A DNA stretch of 63,977 nucleotides, counting the filler, from Sphacelaria rigidula (Eukaryota): the NCBI GenBank assembly GCA_964200075.2. It is 3 parts of 3 records of this genome, joined end to end, with 100 filler letters (N's around TTAATTAATTAA, not from the genome) between each part and the next. Parts side by side here need not be neighbours in the genome. Positions count along the whole stretch, not along the records: positions 1 to 21,797 come from CAXNAA020000385.1; 2 more parts are not named here. One strand, 5' to 3'. Each line of letters starts with the position of its first letter. Position 1 is the first letter of the stretch. This document shows positions 1 to 13,421 of the stretch, one piece after another. Below the pieces are notes generated by a model, which saw only the letters and a list, made by a program, of their open reading frames with translations, ran no database searches and was not told the DNA's origin. The position numbers and the translations under genes are program-made.

Positions 1-350
1 AACAAAGAGGGAAATGGCGGCCCACCCCGATCACAAAGGGCTGTGTGGCGAGGTGATGAAGACAATAATATCATCCAAAGCCACAAGTGGCGGGCGACCC
101 GCCGGTCGCCGCATCCTGGTGGAAGCTCTCTACCGCGACCCATACTGCTTGCTACATCAGATGTACACTACCTAATGCGGGCCCTGCACCCGAAAATAGA
201 TTGGATGCAACTTTCGGTCTTCGTCATAACCCTGCGGTTACGTACGCGGATTTTCACACGCCACTGTCTGTTTTGTGCAGAAATCAGACGCGTCATTCCT
301 GCCCAGCCTCATTAGTCGTTCTGGAGGCCCGGTCCCAAAAGAGTTAATAC

Positions 351-1347
351 GGGGTTGACCATGTGTTGATGAAACAATAAAAAAGGAGTCAGGGAGCGAC
401 CTGCCCAATCACGGCGAGGCGAGACTTATCGACCAGACCCGAACGACCAGCGCGGGGACTTACCAAGTGTGATGTTACTGCAAAGATCGTGTGGGGGCCC
501 TATCCCTGGCCCAGATAAGCCTTCCCAGGTATGCCAATCCAGGATGCTCGGAGCATGGCTTATCGTATTACTTGCATTCAGTATAGCGTTCCCGGGAGTT
601 CCCGGGAGTATTTGGAGTCGCCAGCCTATCCTTGAACGTGATATTAATAATTAAACTAACACAGGGTGGCGTGGGGAAAATCGGGGAGGAGTGCACATGC
701 CACAATGTGGGCATTTTCACGAGGTACTGAATCCAGGTGGGTCGTGGAAAGACAAAAAGAGCTACCTTCATGAATTTTGCCAATCTCTCTGCTGATGATT
801 TGCAGTACACTGTGAACATGTATGTAGTGGGCGGGGATGAACAAGCTGTGTATAGGCAGGTGATCTCGGTAGCAGAGAACTGCCCAGATAGGGTGCGTGA
901 TTATCATCCGCAGAGAGATTGGCAAAACTCATGAAGGTAGCTCTTTTTGTCTTTCCACGGCCTACGTGGGTTTAGTGCCTCGTGAAAATGACCACATTGT
1001 GGCATGTACACTCCTTCCCGATTTTTCCCACGCCACCCTGTGTTAGTTTAATTACCATGTTTTAGTATAGGTTGGCGACTCCGAAAACTCCCGTCAACTC
1101 CCGGGAACGCTATACTGAATGCAAGTAATATGATAAGCCATGCTCCGAGCATCCTGGATTTGCATACCTGGGAAAGCTTATCCGGGCCAGGGATAGGGCC
1201 CCCGCATGATCTTTGCAGTAACATCACACACGGTAACAGTCCCCGCGCTGGTCGTTCGGGTCTGGTCGATAAGTCTCGCCTCGCCGTGATTGGGCAGGTC
1301 GCTCCCTGACTCCTTTTTTATTGTTTCATCAACACATGGTCAACCCC
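351..1347. repeat. ~1-kb foldback (long inverted repeat): arms ~351-799 and ~902-1347, spacer ~100 bp
   Basis: 351-460 (GGGGTTGACCATGTG...CGCGGGGACT) is the exact reverse complement of 1238-1347. Pairing continues inward with scattered mismatches and small indels to ...GCCAATCTCTCTGCTGATGAT / ATCATCCGCAGAGAGATTGGC. No clean target-site duplication. Confidence 0.95.
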
Positions 1348-3671
1348 AACCCCGTGTTGGCGGGGGATCGGTCCAGAAAGGGTCAAGCTAATAAGCTTTG
1401 CGATGAAAAGGCCTATTTGAGCTCAAAATCCCCAAATTGAGCTAAACTTGATGCGTGCACACGGAACTACTGTAAAGCCTACTTCCGATAAGACCCCGCC
1501 TCGCGGCAGTCAAAACGGTCACTTCATTCCCCTGCAGATGGATTTACTCGACACGGCGATTAACAAATCAACGAGAAAAAGTGGACCGGGCTTTTGAGCT
1601 CATGGACATCTGATGAGATCATGCCTGTGAGCGCTCAAGTCCGTTGTGAGGCTGGCCCAGCTCCTTCTTGTATGAAATATGAAAGCACCACGGGGAGCAG
1701 GACTTTGGATAGGTGTTGCGCTGTTGCGGCTTCGCATGAGCTGGAGTAAAAATGAGCAAACGCGCACACTTCGCAATGTGGCATGTATGTGCGGCTTGCC
1801 ACGGACGGCAATTTTGCAGCGCACGAAATTTCGCCGCAGGGGCAAACCATGTGTGGCATGACGGCATCACGATCCAATCACCGGAGGCGGAAAAAATACA
1901 ATTCGAGTCTGTATTTTCTCGTCGTCAGGTCGCTTTTTATGGTGAACAAAAAAAAATATCCTGGAACATTGTCCTTTCGGTCCTTCTGGGTCGCCTTACG
2001 CGCTAAAGGAGGGCCTCGGCGGATGTTGACACCTTGGAATGCCTTGTTACAGTCGTTGAGACGGTTCCAGGACATACTCGCAATGCTCGGACGAATCATC
2101 GGTGGTTCGAATCAACAAATCTACGATATCTCAGGCTTGATTCCTCGAAAGAGAGAAAAGGCACCGTTGATCGCGGGTAGGAAGAGGCTGCGCAAGCTTT
2201 GCGCCATTTCACGTGCCTGGGGTGCGCGACCTGGAGTGCAACGCCGAAAACAACAGTGCCTCAGGATTGCATGTTTTCGAGTCGGTATTTTTTTTTATAA
2301 GGGCGTGTCTCAGGGCGTGTTTGAGCACTTTTTTGCCGATCGAAAAAGTGCGGTCGATTTTTCTTTGCCGATTTGATAGCTCCACCGCATTTATGTTCCT
2401 AGAAGGCTTCGACTCAAAAATACAATTAGCGACGCGCGGAGAATAATTCCTCGAGGTAAAAACAACCGTTTTCGATCGAAAACATGCGGTCCAAAGGCAC
2501 GAAGCGGCACTCGACTCTTATCTTACAGACCACCACGCCAAATAACACCTGTTCAAACGAACATGTAAACCCCATCCAACTCATTCTCAGCTACCACCGC
2601 AACGCTGCAGCATACAGCACGAGTTGAGCACAGGGATATATACACTGCAGTAGTTGGGTGTGCTTTGTTAATTTCTTGTTGGCGAAAGCTTGCGCATCTT
2701 TTCTCACGGTAGGGATCAGCGACGGTACTGCGTGGTACGGTGGGCAACCGAGTTGCGTGCATCTTCATGGACGGTGTAAGCAGTACAAAACTACGCGTTG
2801 CTGAAGTCCTTCTCACGGTGCATTGTAAGCGTAGACAACTGATATTCCTGGGCTGTCTGCTCTGCACGTTACCCGCTCCCCTTTCATATCCTTCTGTACG
2901 AAGCACGCACCCACGCACTCAAGACACTTCAGTGCAGACAGTACAGACTGAACTGTACACGAGTGACCTTGTACCATTTTACGAATTTAATTGTCTATTT
3001 TCTATCGAAAGCATGAATTTTGATCTGGACTCAACTACATCCAGACGAGAAAATTTCGCTAAAGTTGATTCCACCGCCTCATCTTTTCGATCGAAAAAAA
3101 AAGTCCCAAGAAACGCCCTCATGATATTAGCGCATTATTTTTCGATCGAAAATGTGCGGTAGAAAAGGAAAACTCTGACCTGATAGGTAGTGATTTGAAC
3201 TATCTTCAAACTTAACGACGATGGTTGAAATCACGACCTATCAGATCGGGATTTTTGTTTCCCACCGCACAATTTCGACCGAAAACTCACGTGTTAAGAC
3301 AAGCCCCAAAAAACGGGCTGATAGCAAGTAATTCTCAGACGAATCATTATTCGTCCGATCCTTGCACCTTTGCCTTTTCCGGTGGCGGCAGTTTGTTGCG
3401 GCCAAATGTGTATTTTTGTGGTTTTTTGGACTCTGTGGTTTTTCGACTGTTGACTTGACCGTTCTTAGCCAAGAAAAAAGCAAGGCGTTCCGATGGACTT
3501 CACCTTTCTTGGGGGAAAAAAGGCGAGCTTAACAAAAAAAAGAGACGTGTTCACCAGCGCCGATTTTGACGAAAATGCGTTCTCCGGAGGCTAGGAGCAG
3601 TTGGGGATGTCAGCCCTACTCAAGATCCGAATATAGGTGTTGACACTCAACTCAAGTAGTGTAATAGAATC

Positions 3672-3996
3672 TGAGATTTTCTCTCACACCATGCCCAACA
3701 GTGGAGAGCGACTATGTCGTGGGTACACAAAAAGTCGACTTCACGGTCAACGATGGGAAGGGACCACCGGACCTCTCTTCCGATGAAAAAAAAGAGGCAA
3801 GCACCGCAGAAGGAATGGGAAGGCTGAAAAAACAACGACGACATAAAAATTCCTGTGTTTGGTCTTCCTCCGGAGTGACCCTGGCTAAATCGCCCTCATA
3901 TCGCTCATATTATACCCAGAGGTGTAGACTGATGTCCAGAATATATGGGATGATGACCCCCCCCCCCACCCCCCGCGTCACACACACACACACACA
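3672..3996 (+). mobile_element. tRNA-derived SINE family, diverged copy (head not recognisable)
   Basis: Aligns by eye with 23330-23613 (ACTATGTCGTGGGTACACAAAA, CTTCCTCC..GTGACC, GTCCAGAATA.ATGGGA) and ends in a (CA)n tail. Confidence 0.8.
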
Positions 3997-4195
3997 TTCC
4001 AAGGTGTCAACATCCGCCTAGCCCTCTTTTCGGGGCGGAACACGTCGCAAAAGGACCGAAACAGTAGTTTTCCGGAATATTTTTTTGTTCACTGCAAGAA
4101 GCGGGAAAAAACGTTTGCGAGGCTTTTCCTAGCCGCGACCAGGTTGGGCGAGAAGTACGAGCAGAGTGATAGTAATTCATAAAAAAAATAGCACC

Positions 4196-4330
4196 ATTAA
4201 CCCTTAGACGGCGGTGCTGGTAGTCCATCTGGGTCACGAACACTTTTTTCAAGTGAATCTTGATGCCTATTCAGGAGGTGACCCACCCTCGAGGTAAACC
4301 CCCCCCCACGATCCCAGCCTGGGATGTCGC
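4196..4330. repeat. Dispersed ~100-130-bp repeat module (related copies ~45935-46150 and ~54660-54950)
   Basis: Shared text TAACCC...GGTAGTCCATCTGG.TCA...TTTTTTCAA.TGAAT.TTGATGCC.ATTCAG.AGGTGA..ACCCTCG at 4196 and 46024; related modules in both orientations at 54660-54950. Confidence 0.7.
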
Positions 4331-5399
4331 CCAGCGCTTGTTTTTTCAAGTATTTTCGGATGAATTCTGGTTTTGGATCAAAGTTGCACTCCAAAAATTT
4401 CGCCTCCAGTGGCTCCGGGCCCGTCCGAGATTCCCTGACCGGGGGGAATTTTTGCCGCACAAGCTTGAGGACATGACGTGCGAAAACGGGCACGTTGCCG
4501 CGCATGTGGTCTGCGACTTGTCTGAAGCCCTGACTGAGAGTTACACAAATTCCGTCGTCACTTCTTGTTGGGGGGAACTCCTTCAATCTACATGAAAAAG
4601 TTACTCCTCAACCCTCTGACAGACAGGGTGGGTCACCGGGTTGAACTGGCATGATTTTCACTTGAACAGAGAGAGACCGTTCGCCCAGATGAAGACGAAT
4701 CTGGCGAGTATTGGGATGATCTTCACATGTGACACGTGACAAACGACTGTTGATTCGGACGAACCGTCTGTTGATTGGAAACTATTTCGCTTGAAAAATG
4801 CGCCTTGGTCGAGATGACACACTCTGGCGATCAAAGGGCCCTTCGATCGCTAGATCGCCAGGGTGGGTCATCTGTTGGATCGGCATCAATATCTGTTGAA
4901 GAAACGAATGTTGGGCCCAGATGGGCAACCCTAGTAGTAGAATGGTTGAATCGGCAAAAATATGACGGCAAGATCCCTACAACCCAACCCAGCAACCGAA
5001 GGGTGAATCAACGAAGCCCATACGTTGTCGGCCCAGCAAACTCGAATTGCGAGTACATGGGACCACCTTCGAGTTTTGAGATTGTATCATACATCCAGTG
5101 TTCCCCCGCGTTCAGCTCACGTACTTGTCGGTATGGAATGCAGTTCCACAACAACTTCAACATTGTTCATATGGTAGAGGCTGTGTAAGCGCATTAGGTT
5201 TCTAACGGGAAGACATACATCATACAGCAGACTTCAGCTGTGATACCATCGCGGGGTGAAGCAACTGTATGAAGCGGACCAACACCGGCGGACCCCACAG
5301 ACAGCGTTGCGGCGAGTCAATACAGCAGTCAGTAAATTATGTATATCACAGACGAAGTACGTTGAACATGCCCACTTGTAATAATCCGTAATTTTTCAC

Positions 5400-5502
5400 C
5401 TGTAAATGGGTGATCTTATCAAGCTTCGATGTAGATCGAACAGTCCCACGAACGCTGTAGCCTCGAGCGAGCAGCGTCTTCACAACATGGCCGCCCAGGT
5501 AG
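5400..5502 (-). CDS. Extended SDR / NAD-dependent epimerase-dehydratase (DFR/CCR-like), exon 2; further exons not found, probably left of the window
   Basis: Acceptor TGCAACAG|C, peptide (G)YLGGHVVKTLLARGYSVRGTVRSTSKLDKITHLQ, donor CAG|GTGAAA. TGxxGxxG followed by GYxVRGTVR is typical of DFR/CCR-like reductases. Confidence 0.88.
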
Positions 5503-6821
5503 CTGTTGCAGGGTGTAAAAGTATATACATGGTTGAGGCAAAGAGAATTGCCTAGATGCGCACTGGACCATTTCAGGAAAGCTTCTTTTGTCAATGCCTC
5601 TCGTCATAATTAGAAAAAACTCGTAGCAAAGCGTCAGGCGATCAGTTGAACAGTAAGCTTGCAGTTATCCTTCCTCTCCGCATGCGCGGAGAAATCTTCG
5701 TAAATATAAGCTGATTCTAAAATCAAGATAGGCGCACATAAAACGTATGAAACACACCGCAGACAGAGGGACGTGCCACGTGCCATCCCATAGACGTGTA
5801 TGTACCACAGTACTCAACGTTACAGTATAATATAGTGTGGTACCCTACCCTTTTGAGCGGGCCCGCTGTAAAGGGACACGAAAATGGACCCAGTACAAGT
5901 ATCTCAATCACGAGACGTTTCCATTGATATTGGCAGTGGAATGAGGCTGTAATTGACTGTTGAGTCTCGTCCCTGAATCAAATTCTCCTACAGTAGACTG
6001 AAACAGGGCTTGTGATAAGGCCACTTTTCACAGGGATGTACTGTTCCTAAATTGAATTTCGTTGTTGTCTCCCATGGCGACTGGTTGGTGCTTTCATGAC
6101 GCTGCCGCGTGGCGACCATCACAGGCTAGAACCGCTTTTCATGGCCATGATTCAAGTCAGCCCTGTCACATAATGTATAATTACCCTAACTTAATCACTA
6201 TGCACAGCCTTCAGGTGGGACCTTGGCCGCTCGCTGTGCTGCTACCGTACCGTTCGTTGGTGACACTGGAGACACGTCGTTCGTGACCCGATGGAAATCA
6301 AATAAGTCGGAGGACGAACGATGTGGAGGCTTGCCGCTTGTTACTAACGGTTGGGTACCAGATGACAATCACGTTCCACTCCCATGCCTCAAGACTCGGT
6401 AGCTCATGTAGTGGGAATGGCGGTACGTTGTAGAAACGGGAGCTGACTCCAGCCGTCATGGGCTGTTGGACAGCGGCGATAGAGCACAAAAAGTGAAGGA
6501 GGAACTCCATAACCCTCGAAGACTTGAATTACCTCCACTAAATTATCTGCAACAGTAGTTAGTAGTACTTGATGCCTGACAGCGGGCCAAGTCGTACTAG
6601 GAACAGAGAGAGTAGTACAGTTCTCAAGTAGAGATGGTAACATGAAGTGCGTTGATGAAAAGTCGGATGTTCTTGATTGTACCATCAGCAAAATGGTGCA
6701 GTTTTAGACGCGAGAATATAGGTGCTGGGAGAGACAAATATATGCAGTAAAGAATCAGTCCTGAAAAATACAACACTGTCGCACCGACTACTACTACTGT
6801 TGAAGTGCAAAATATAATCAC

Positions 6822-6865
6822 CCTGAGGCTCCCGTCACCAAAACCGTGTAGTCCGATGATGCCAT
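6822..6865 (-). CDS. Extended SDR / NAD-dependent epimerase-dehydratase (DFR/CCR-like), exon 1
   Basis: ATG at 6865 gives MASSDYTVLVTGASG. Donor GG|GTGATT at 6821 (phase 2) joins exon 2 to complete the Rossmann motif TGASGYLG. Confidence 0.85.
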
Positions 6866-9800
6866 CGTGTGCGCAGCGCAGCCCCCCTTGATGCAGTATA
6901 TTAACCAGTAGGCCAGTGTAGAATAACAAATACGTGCGCGAATTGTAGCGCACATGCTGTGCCTCCAGCGCAGTGGTGATTGGATGATTGTAGCCACTTT
7001 TTGACAAGTGAAAAAAGCAGCTGTCTGCAGGTCAGATACTACTGGAGCAGAAGATAAGAACACAAACGGTGAAAGATCTTTATGGCCTTCGAGCGGCGAA
7101 TCATTTTCCAAATCTTGAGACATGACGCTTTTGATGGATTATTCCGGGTCATCTCGCCTCTTACCGGTCAGGCCGGTTCTATCTGCCTGTTAGTTGACAA
7201 AACGTAATACCGCTTGGCCATCAACAGCTTCTAGTTCACGAGACGTTACGTTAGTCTCCTCACCCTGGGTCGCCCGATAAGGTCTGGGCACAGCAGGGTG
7301 TACAGTATAGAGCAGCTGAGGGGTGGTGGGATCAGGACCCACGTTTCCTTTCTTCCTTTTGTCCCGATCGAGGGGGTAGGACACCAGGCAGGACAGCCTA
7401 CAGACGACACACTACACTTCACTGCGGTCTATCACGGAGAGACACCACACGCTCTGGGTTTTGCTACTGTATCCTAGACTCAGCCGCTACGCGGTCGTGA
7501 CTAGGCGTCAAACTATTTCGCCACGCTTTCCGGTGAGTGTGGGTGTGCTTGTGAGCTCTCAGGATTCAGGGATCTCGGACTTTGCTGCTCAAGCTTTCTG
7601 TCCAACCTTGGAGGAACAAATATTACAGCAGTAGGCCAAATGCGGTTCGAAATCAACCGGGCGATATTCCCCGGCCACTAGGTCGTAAATATAAGATACA
7701 TGTCGCGATTTAGGTCCCCATAAGAATGTACTTTACATTCATTGTTACAACAGTAGATTGAAGGTGTTTTTTCGGGGAGCGGTGGATCCGATATTTTTTT
7801 GCGCGTGGTTCTCCGCAGTCATCGTTGCCCCTCTCCGGCTGGGAGGCTGGTAAGCAGAACACCGGACAGAAACGGTCTCGGTATACTGTAGAGGAGCCTC
7901 AGATTTCAGGAGCACTGCCGGAGATCTTTTGTACGTTGATATGGTGGGAAAGCGACTGTTGCGATGTTGTTTGAGGGCGTCGGTTTACTCGTTGTTCGTT
8001 TTTGAGTTGAAACAGATCTCTTCGCAGGTGATTACGCAATCAACATATTTTTCTGAATCTGCAAGATGAGAGGGAGATGAAATGATGAAAGTAAAAAAAG
8101 AGAGTTGCGCAGTCATATGGTGTTCAACTTCTATCTCCGCTTTGTTGAAACAACGCATACCCAGCAGGGGTGATGGGTGAAGCTGCAACAGCTCCAACTT
8201 CCTCAACTACTTTCGATGTATCATTTTTTCCCTTTAGCTTTACCTTCCACCCATGACCATGCATCACGGCGTGATTAATAGTGGATGATGGAGAAGATGT
8301 ACATGAGCCGCCCGAGCTTGGAACAAGCTACCAGGAAAACTCGAGCGCGGGCGGCCTCAACCATCATGGTTCCATTCTGTCTCGTATGTGCAAGGTGTGA
8401 GTAAAATTTGGTGACGTTTCCACGGTCTAGCGGGAGTACCCTCAACGTGTGACTTGAGCTGTGAAACAAATACTTTGTGCGTTTGGCGAAACCCCCTGAG
8501 GTGGGGATGGGTGACTCGCGCTACGTGCACCTACCATCTCTGCCGTCCTTTATTGAGAACAAGTGAGTGTCGCTTTCTCCGCTCTTGATGTGAAGTATTT
8601 GTATTATTTTGTCTTCAATGTGCTGACTAAGTACAAGATTATGGAATCTGGGTCTTGAAGTAGCAACCGCACTGCAACGCGTTCATTCGGTACAACTGTT
8701 TTTTTGTTTTATTACCGTTAACAAAATAAAAGATGAACGAATGGAACGAAAAGGGTAAAAAGACTCTGCGGTTCAATGCCTCTGTTTCTATTTTTCCTTG
8801 CATCACATTGCCTCAAACTCTCCGAGTGGCTGGACTGCTCCCTATCTCCTGTGCCAATGGTATAGCACCACACGAAGAGCTCGTTTCGTGTACCACACAC
8901 TTCAATGCAGGTCCCACACCGCACCATAGAATTTGGTTACTGGGGCGGAGGGGGAGACCAGGGAGACCAGCTGTCAGGGGCGGGCCTTTTTTTATGTGTG
9001 GTATCCATTTCACCGCATTATCGCTTCTCCCATCGTTCACGAAAGATCCAAATTCTTTCTACTGGTGTTGATTCTGTCACCGTCTCTACTATTTTTATAT
9101 AGTAGAGTACAGTTATGATATTCCTGCGCGTCAGGACACGTGCGTGTAGGGGCCCAGGGACCCATCCGTACCAACAGTGAAAGCCGAAGTCGACGGCAAA
9201 AACACGTTTCACTGTCGTCTGCTCTCTGCGGCCTGTGCGGCGTGCCTCGCGCCTCGACATGGCACAGGCCAGTTTTTTATCGTGGTTTCGTGCTCTGATT
9301 CACAAGTTGGCACAAAGTACAGCTTGGGACAGGAACGATGTGATCTTGACTGTCCTTGGTGGTTTTGTGTCAGTTTCTTTTTTCGCGTTTGTCGGGACGT
9401 AGCGCATCTTGCACACGAGAACGCAGAAACACTTACAAGTTACAAGCAAGCGGGAGGGAGATGTCCCGGGTGAACGAACCGTTTAGTGGCAGGTACGTAT
9501 GCGAGACACTCGATCACTCCCTCTCTTTTTTTCATATGATTGTATATTATTGCGCCGTCGGCCACGCTGGTCGTTGTGCGTCATTACACCATGCGCGACC
9601 CTTCGGGCTTTGGCTGTTGAGGCAAGACTCAAGACTCGGAACGCGGTAGGGCTCCGTAGTTATCCGGGTAGGTAATATGTTCTCCTCCATCCGTACTAAC
9701 ATGTAATTCCTGCAACCTAGCCTCTCGTCCCCAGTGTGTTGAGACTCAAATCGTGTCCTCCCTTGAGCCGAATACGGTGCGCAAAAAAGATGTTGGCTTC

Positions 9801-10224
9801 AGGGAGCTGCTGTCTGGCACCCAGTAAACTCCGCAGGCGGGATTTTGACAATTATCTTTTTGCCGTGTTTTCTGGTGTCAGTCACTCGGAGAGATGGGAT
9901 TGTTAGGCCACTGGAAAATACCTTTTCCCCGCTCTGAGGTCAGTAAGTGTACTTGCGGATACAGGTGGCGGCACCACTTCAGAGCCTCTTATTTTGCGCG
10001 AGGCTCACGTCCGTATTTTCTCTGTTGGGGTATCAACATTTGCTATTATATTTTACTGTAATTTACAGTCAAATATACCGGGAACCTCGAGTTTGAGAAC
10101 CTCTACAAAGGGGTCAACTGTGGGGTCTTGTTCAGGCATCACAATTTGTCCTCAACTCCTGAGAAGGCCGTGTCTTCCATAAAAAAAATTGCGACCGAAA
10201 AAGTGCGGAAGAGGAGCACAATTC

Positions 10225-10333
10225 CACACCCTGGACAATGTATGGTCAATATCAATATATATCCAATAGACAAAAGTGTACTGTGTAAAAGTGTAGGCCT
10301 ATTTCATCTAATGACCATTATGCCCAGGGTGTG
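10225..10333. mobile_element. Small MITE-like element with CACACCCTGGACA termini
   Basis: CACACCCTGGACA at 10225 and TGCCCAGGGTGTG ending at 10333. The same termini bound 46514-46655; a lone left end is at 63409. Confidence 0.6.
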
Positions 10334-10580
10334 CAAATTCCGATCTGATGAGTCGTCATTCATACCCACATCATTTATATTGAAATGGGGGTGTGTCTTG
10401 GCAAATTATTCTTCCGTCGCAAAAATGCGGTGGAAAAGGAAATTCCGATCACCACTTCGACATGAATGAAAAGTTATCAGATCGGATTTATTTCACGGCA
10501 GATTTCGATGAAAAAATATTACGCCTTGACGACTTAATAGGTAGTCATTTCGGATTTTTTCCATCACACTTTCTCGATAA

Positions 10581-10726
10581 CGCATGCACCGCAGAAAGAA
10601 GGTGGAGTAATAACAAATAGAAGAAAAATACTCCCGTGTTGGCCTTCCTCCTGTGTGACCCCGGCTGATGCGCCCGCATATCCCGAAGTTTGTGAACTGG
10701 CGTCCAGAATATATGGGATGACAACA
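10581..10726 (+). mobile_element. tRNA-derived SINE family, 5'-truncated copy with 16-bp TSD
   Basis: Matches the 3' part of 23250-23613. Flanked by the exact direct repeat CACACTTTCTCGATAA (10565-10580 and 10727-10742). Confidence 0.88.
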
Positions 10727-11439
10727 CACACTTTCTCGATAAAAAAAGTACCTTGCTAAGACACCCCGCTTGGAATCCATGGTCCGTACTTACCCGACGA
10801 TGGGTCCATGCTTGCTCACTCGACGAAGTGCTCGGGGATACAGCTGTGCGCGTCTGTCTTGGGTAGCTGTGCACGTGGTGTGTGTGTTCCACGCGTGACT
10901 TACTACAGACTTGGTTTCACGCTACCTCTACCCTTCTAATTCGATGTAACGTACGTTATCATGTATATGTCGGATTGGAGTTAGGACAAGGGCTCATTTA
11001 CCTGCTGTGCAGATACCTTTCAATATGATGGCCGCGTGATCTTCCGGTATATTGAGCCCTCTCGTACGGACATTGTTGATGCGACACTTTTTTTTCACGA
11101 TGTTTTCACCAATCTCGGGTCTACCGTGCCATATTTTCACATTTTCTTCAAGTGCACCTGTATCTTTACACCTGCACATATTCATTCGATGCGATCAGAC
11201 GCTCGAAACTCATGTCAACGCTGCTCGTTAGCTTCCCATTTTATTTACTTCTTCCTGTTCTTGCTGCTGCTTCTGGCCGCGCCGATTAATCGTCCGATCC
11301 GCAGAGAAGACGGACAAATCTCGGTGAAGACAACGACCAGAAGGTAAAGATAGAGCTGCTCCAAGTTAGCATAGCTGGTCGACGGAGACCGGAGCTTGCG
11401 GGAGCTTCCGTCTGACGGCTCGTACTGGTGTGGGCATCG

Positions 11440-13421
11440 ATGATCCCACCGCGTAATTTCCGTAAGAGCGACGAGAATGCCGCTAGTTTTGTGAGTGCCT
11501 CGCAGGAAGCAGAGCCCCGGACCGTTGGCATGAAGCATCTAAGTGTGGCCGCCAAGTCTTCGGTAGCTGAGAACCGCTCGAGGCCATACATTCGAGGAGG
11601 TGGACCGGCTTGCACAGCAGGGGAAGAACCGCCAACCTCGGGTTCGATGAAGTCACGCGTTGCACACTCAACAGAAGGTCGCGAACAGGATGCTCGAGAG
11701 CGGCGTGGTGCTGCCAGGGAAGGGTCGAGCGCCGAACGAGCCGCCAGCAGCGCTGCTTCGACTCGCACATGTCGGGGCGGCACGCAGCCCGACTCGGAGT
11801 CGTCACATGCAGTCCATGCACCTGCGGGCTCAAGCCGTAGCCCTTTGAGTAGTGATGGGTGGAACAACGACAAGACCGAAGCTGCAGCAGGCCGCGTCCA
11901 TATGAAGCTGTCGCCGGGAGCTTCTGATTGCTCGGGTGCTACGTCTGCGCCGAGTTCGTGCTCTTCCTCTGCCTCGCCTGAGAAACGTGTCGTGGAAGTT
12001 GAGGGGGTATGGGGGTGGGAGCCCCGTCGGCGTACGGCCGACGGACGCGCCACCGTGAAAGTGTTCGTAGCCGGCCGGAACGTGTTCACGACGCGGTCGC
12101 GGTCGCCGTCACCTGACCTTTGCTCGAGGGAGAACCCGCCAGAGCAAGAGCGGACTTGTCATGGATCCGGTAGTGAAGAGTTACGGACGGTGAATGGGAC
12201 CCTAGCTTCTGCAAATGCGTCGCTGCGACGAAATGGTGAAAGCGCCGTCAAGCGTCGACCACGATCCCCCAACTCTGCCTCTACCGAGCGCGATGAATCC
12301 GAGAGTAGACGAGAAGCGGTGGGGATAGTGGCGGCACCCCAGGGCAATGAGGCACAAGACACCGACATGGTGGACTCGGTAGAAACGAAGGGAGTAAGGT
12401 CGGGTTCGTTACAATCTTCCGCAACGATGAAGGTTTGTATCCCTAGGGTGGACAAGCAGTTGGTGAGTCAGTGCGTGCAAGGTCCTACGACGAGTCCGAT
12501 CACCCCGCCCCTGCCTTCTCGAGTGGACGACCATGAGGCCGCGCTTGCGATGACGGGCTTGCGTGATTATGCGAGAAACGCAGCCGACCGCCGCCGGGCA
12601 CATGAAGAGTACCTGAAACGAAAGATGTTTGGCTATGAAAACGATGGCAGCGACGAGTGCCGTCGTGCATGTGACAGCGGTGACCGTGAGATGCAGCGAG
12701 AGCCCCATGGGGGGTCGTCCTCTCCCCGTGGTGCTTTACCCGGCAAGTATGCTGGAGGGCAGACGCTGGAACCCATGGACGAGGATGATGCCGACGTCGA
12801 AGTCCTGAAAGGTGAACATCATGGCTCCGACCATCGCAAGGGCGGAGGCGATGGGGATAACGGAGGTGGCGGCGGCGGAGGCGATCTTGACGTCGACATG
12901 GATGCCGACAGGCCGAATAGTCCACAGTCTCTCGTGGCAGTCAAAAGGGAGCCAGATAAAGATGGACAACAAGGTAAATCTGCCCTGTCGTCGTGTCCGA
13001 TGGATACCGAAGAAGCTCGGAATAGCAACGTCGACGGTGAGCAGGATAAGACTCCCCAAAGTACTCGTGTCGACAGCGGTGACGATACCGATTCAGGTGC
13101 TGGCCCCGGCGACAAGACGGCAACGACCGAGCGTCCGAAGGAACATGAGGATAGAGGAGCAAGGGATGTGGAAAGGAGCGGAGAGGGTGAAGCAGCGGCG
13201 GAAGCGCTAAGAAAAGAGGACGGGGATAAAAAGATGACAAAGTCGATGCAAGAAACAGTATCGATGTCGGCAGCCAAGGTGGCGGCGGATAAGCGGGAAT
13301 CAAAAAGCGAATCCATGGTGGAGATACAGATTCTCCCGTCCGGCGAACCGATCTACAGCCTCAAGCCGGGCACACCCCGCCGGGGCAAGTGGTGTCGGCT
13401 GGAGCAGGAATACGCGAAGAG
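11440..13421 (+). CDS. Large low-complexity protein with stramenopile 'RRGKW' (Myb/SANT-like) domain, coding exon 1 (start uncertain)
   Basis: About 2 kb of open frame, S/G/D/E/R-rich, ending ...PRRGKWCRLEQEYAK-AG|GTAAAA (phase 2). First in-frame ATG at 11440; upstream exons are possible. Confidence 0.8.

Noticed and set aside
1783..2376. 197-aa plus-strand ORF, or a third SDR exon nearby
   Set aside because: No motif; it runs through dispersed repeat sequence, and no frame continues the SDR protein.
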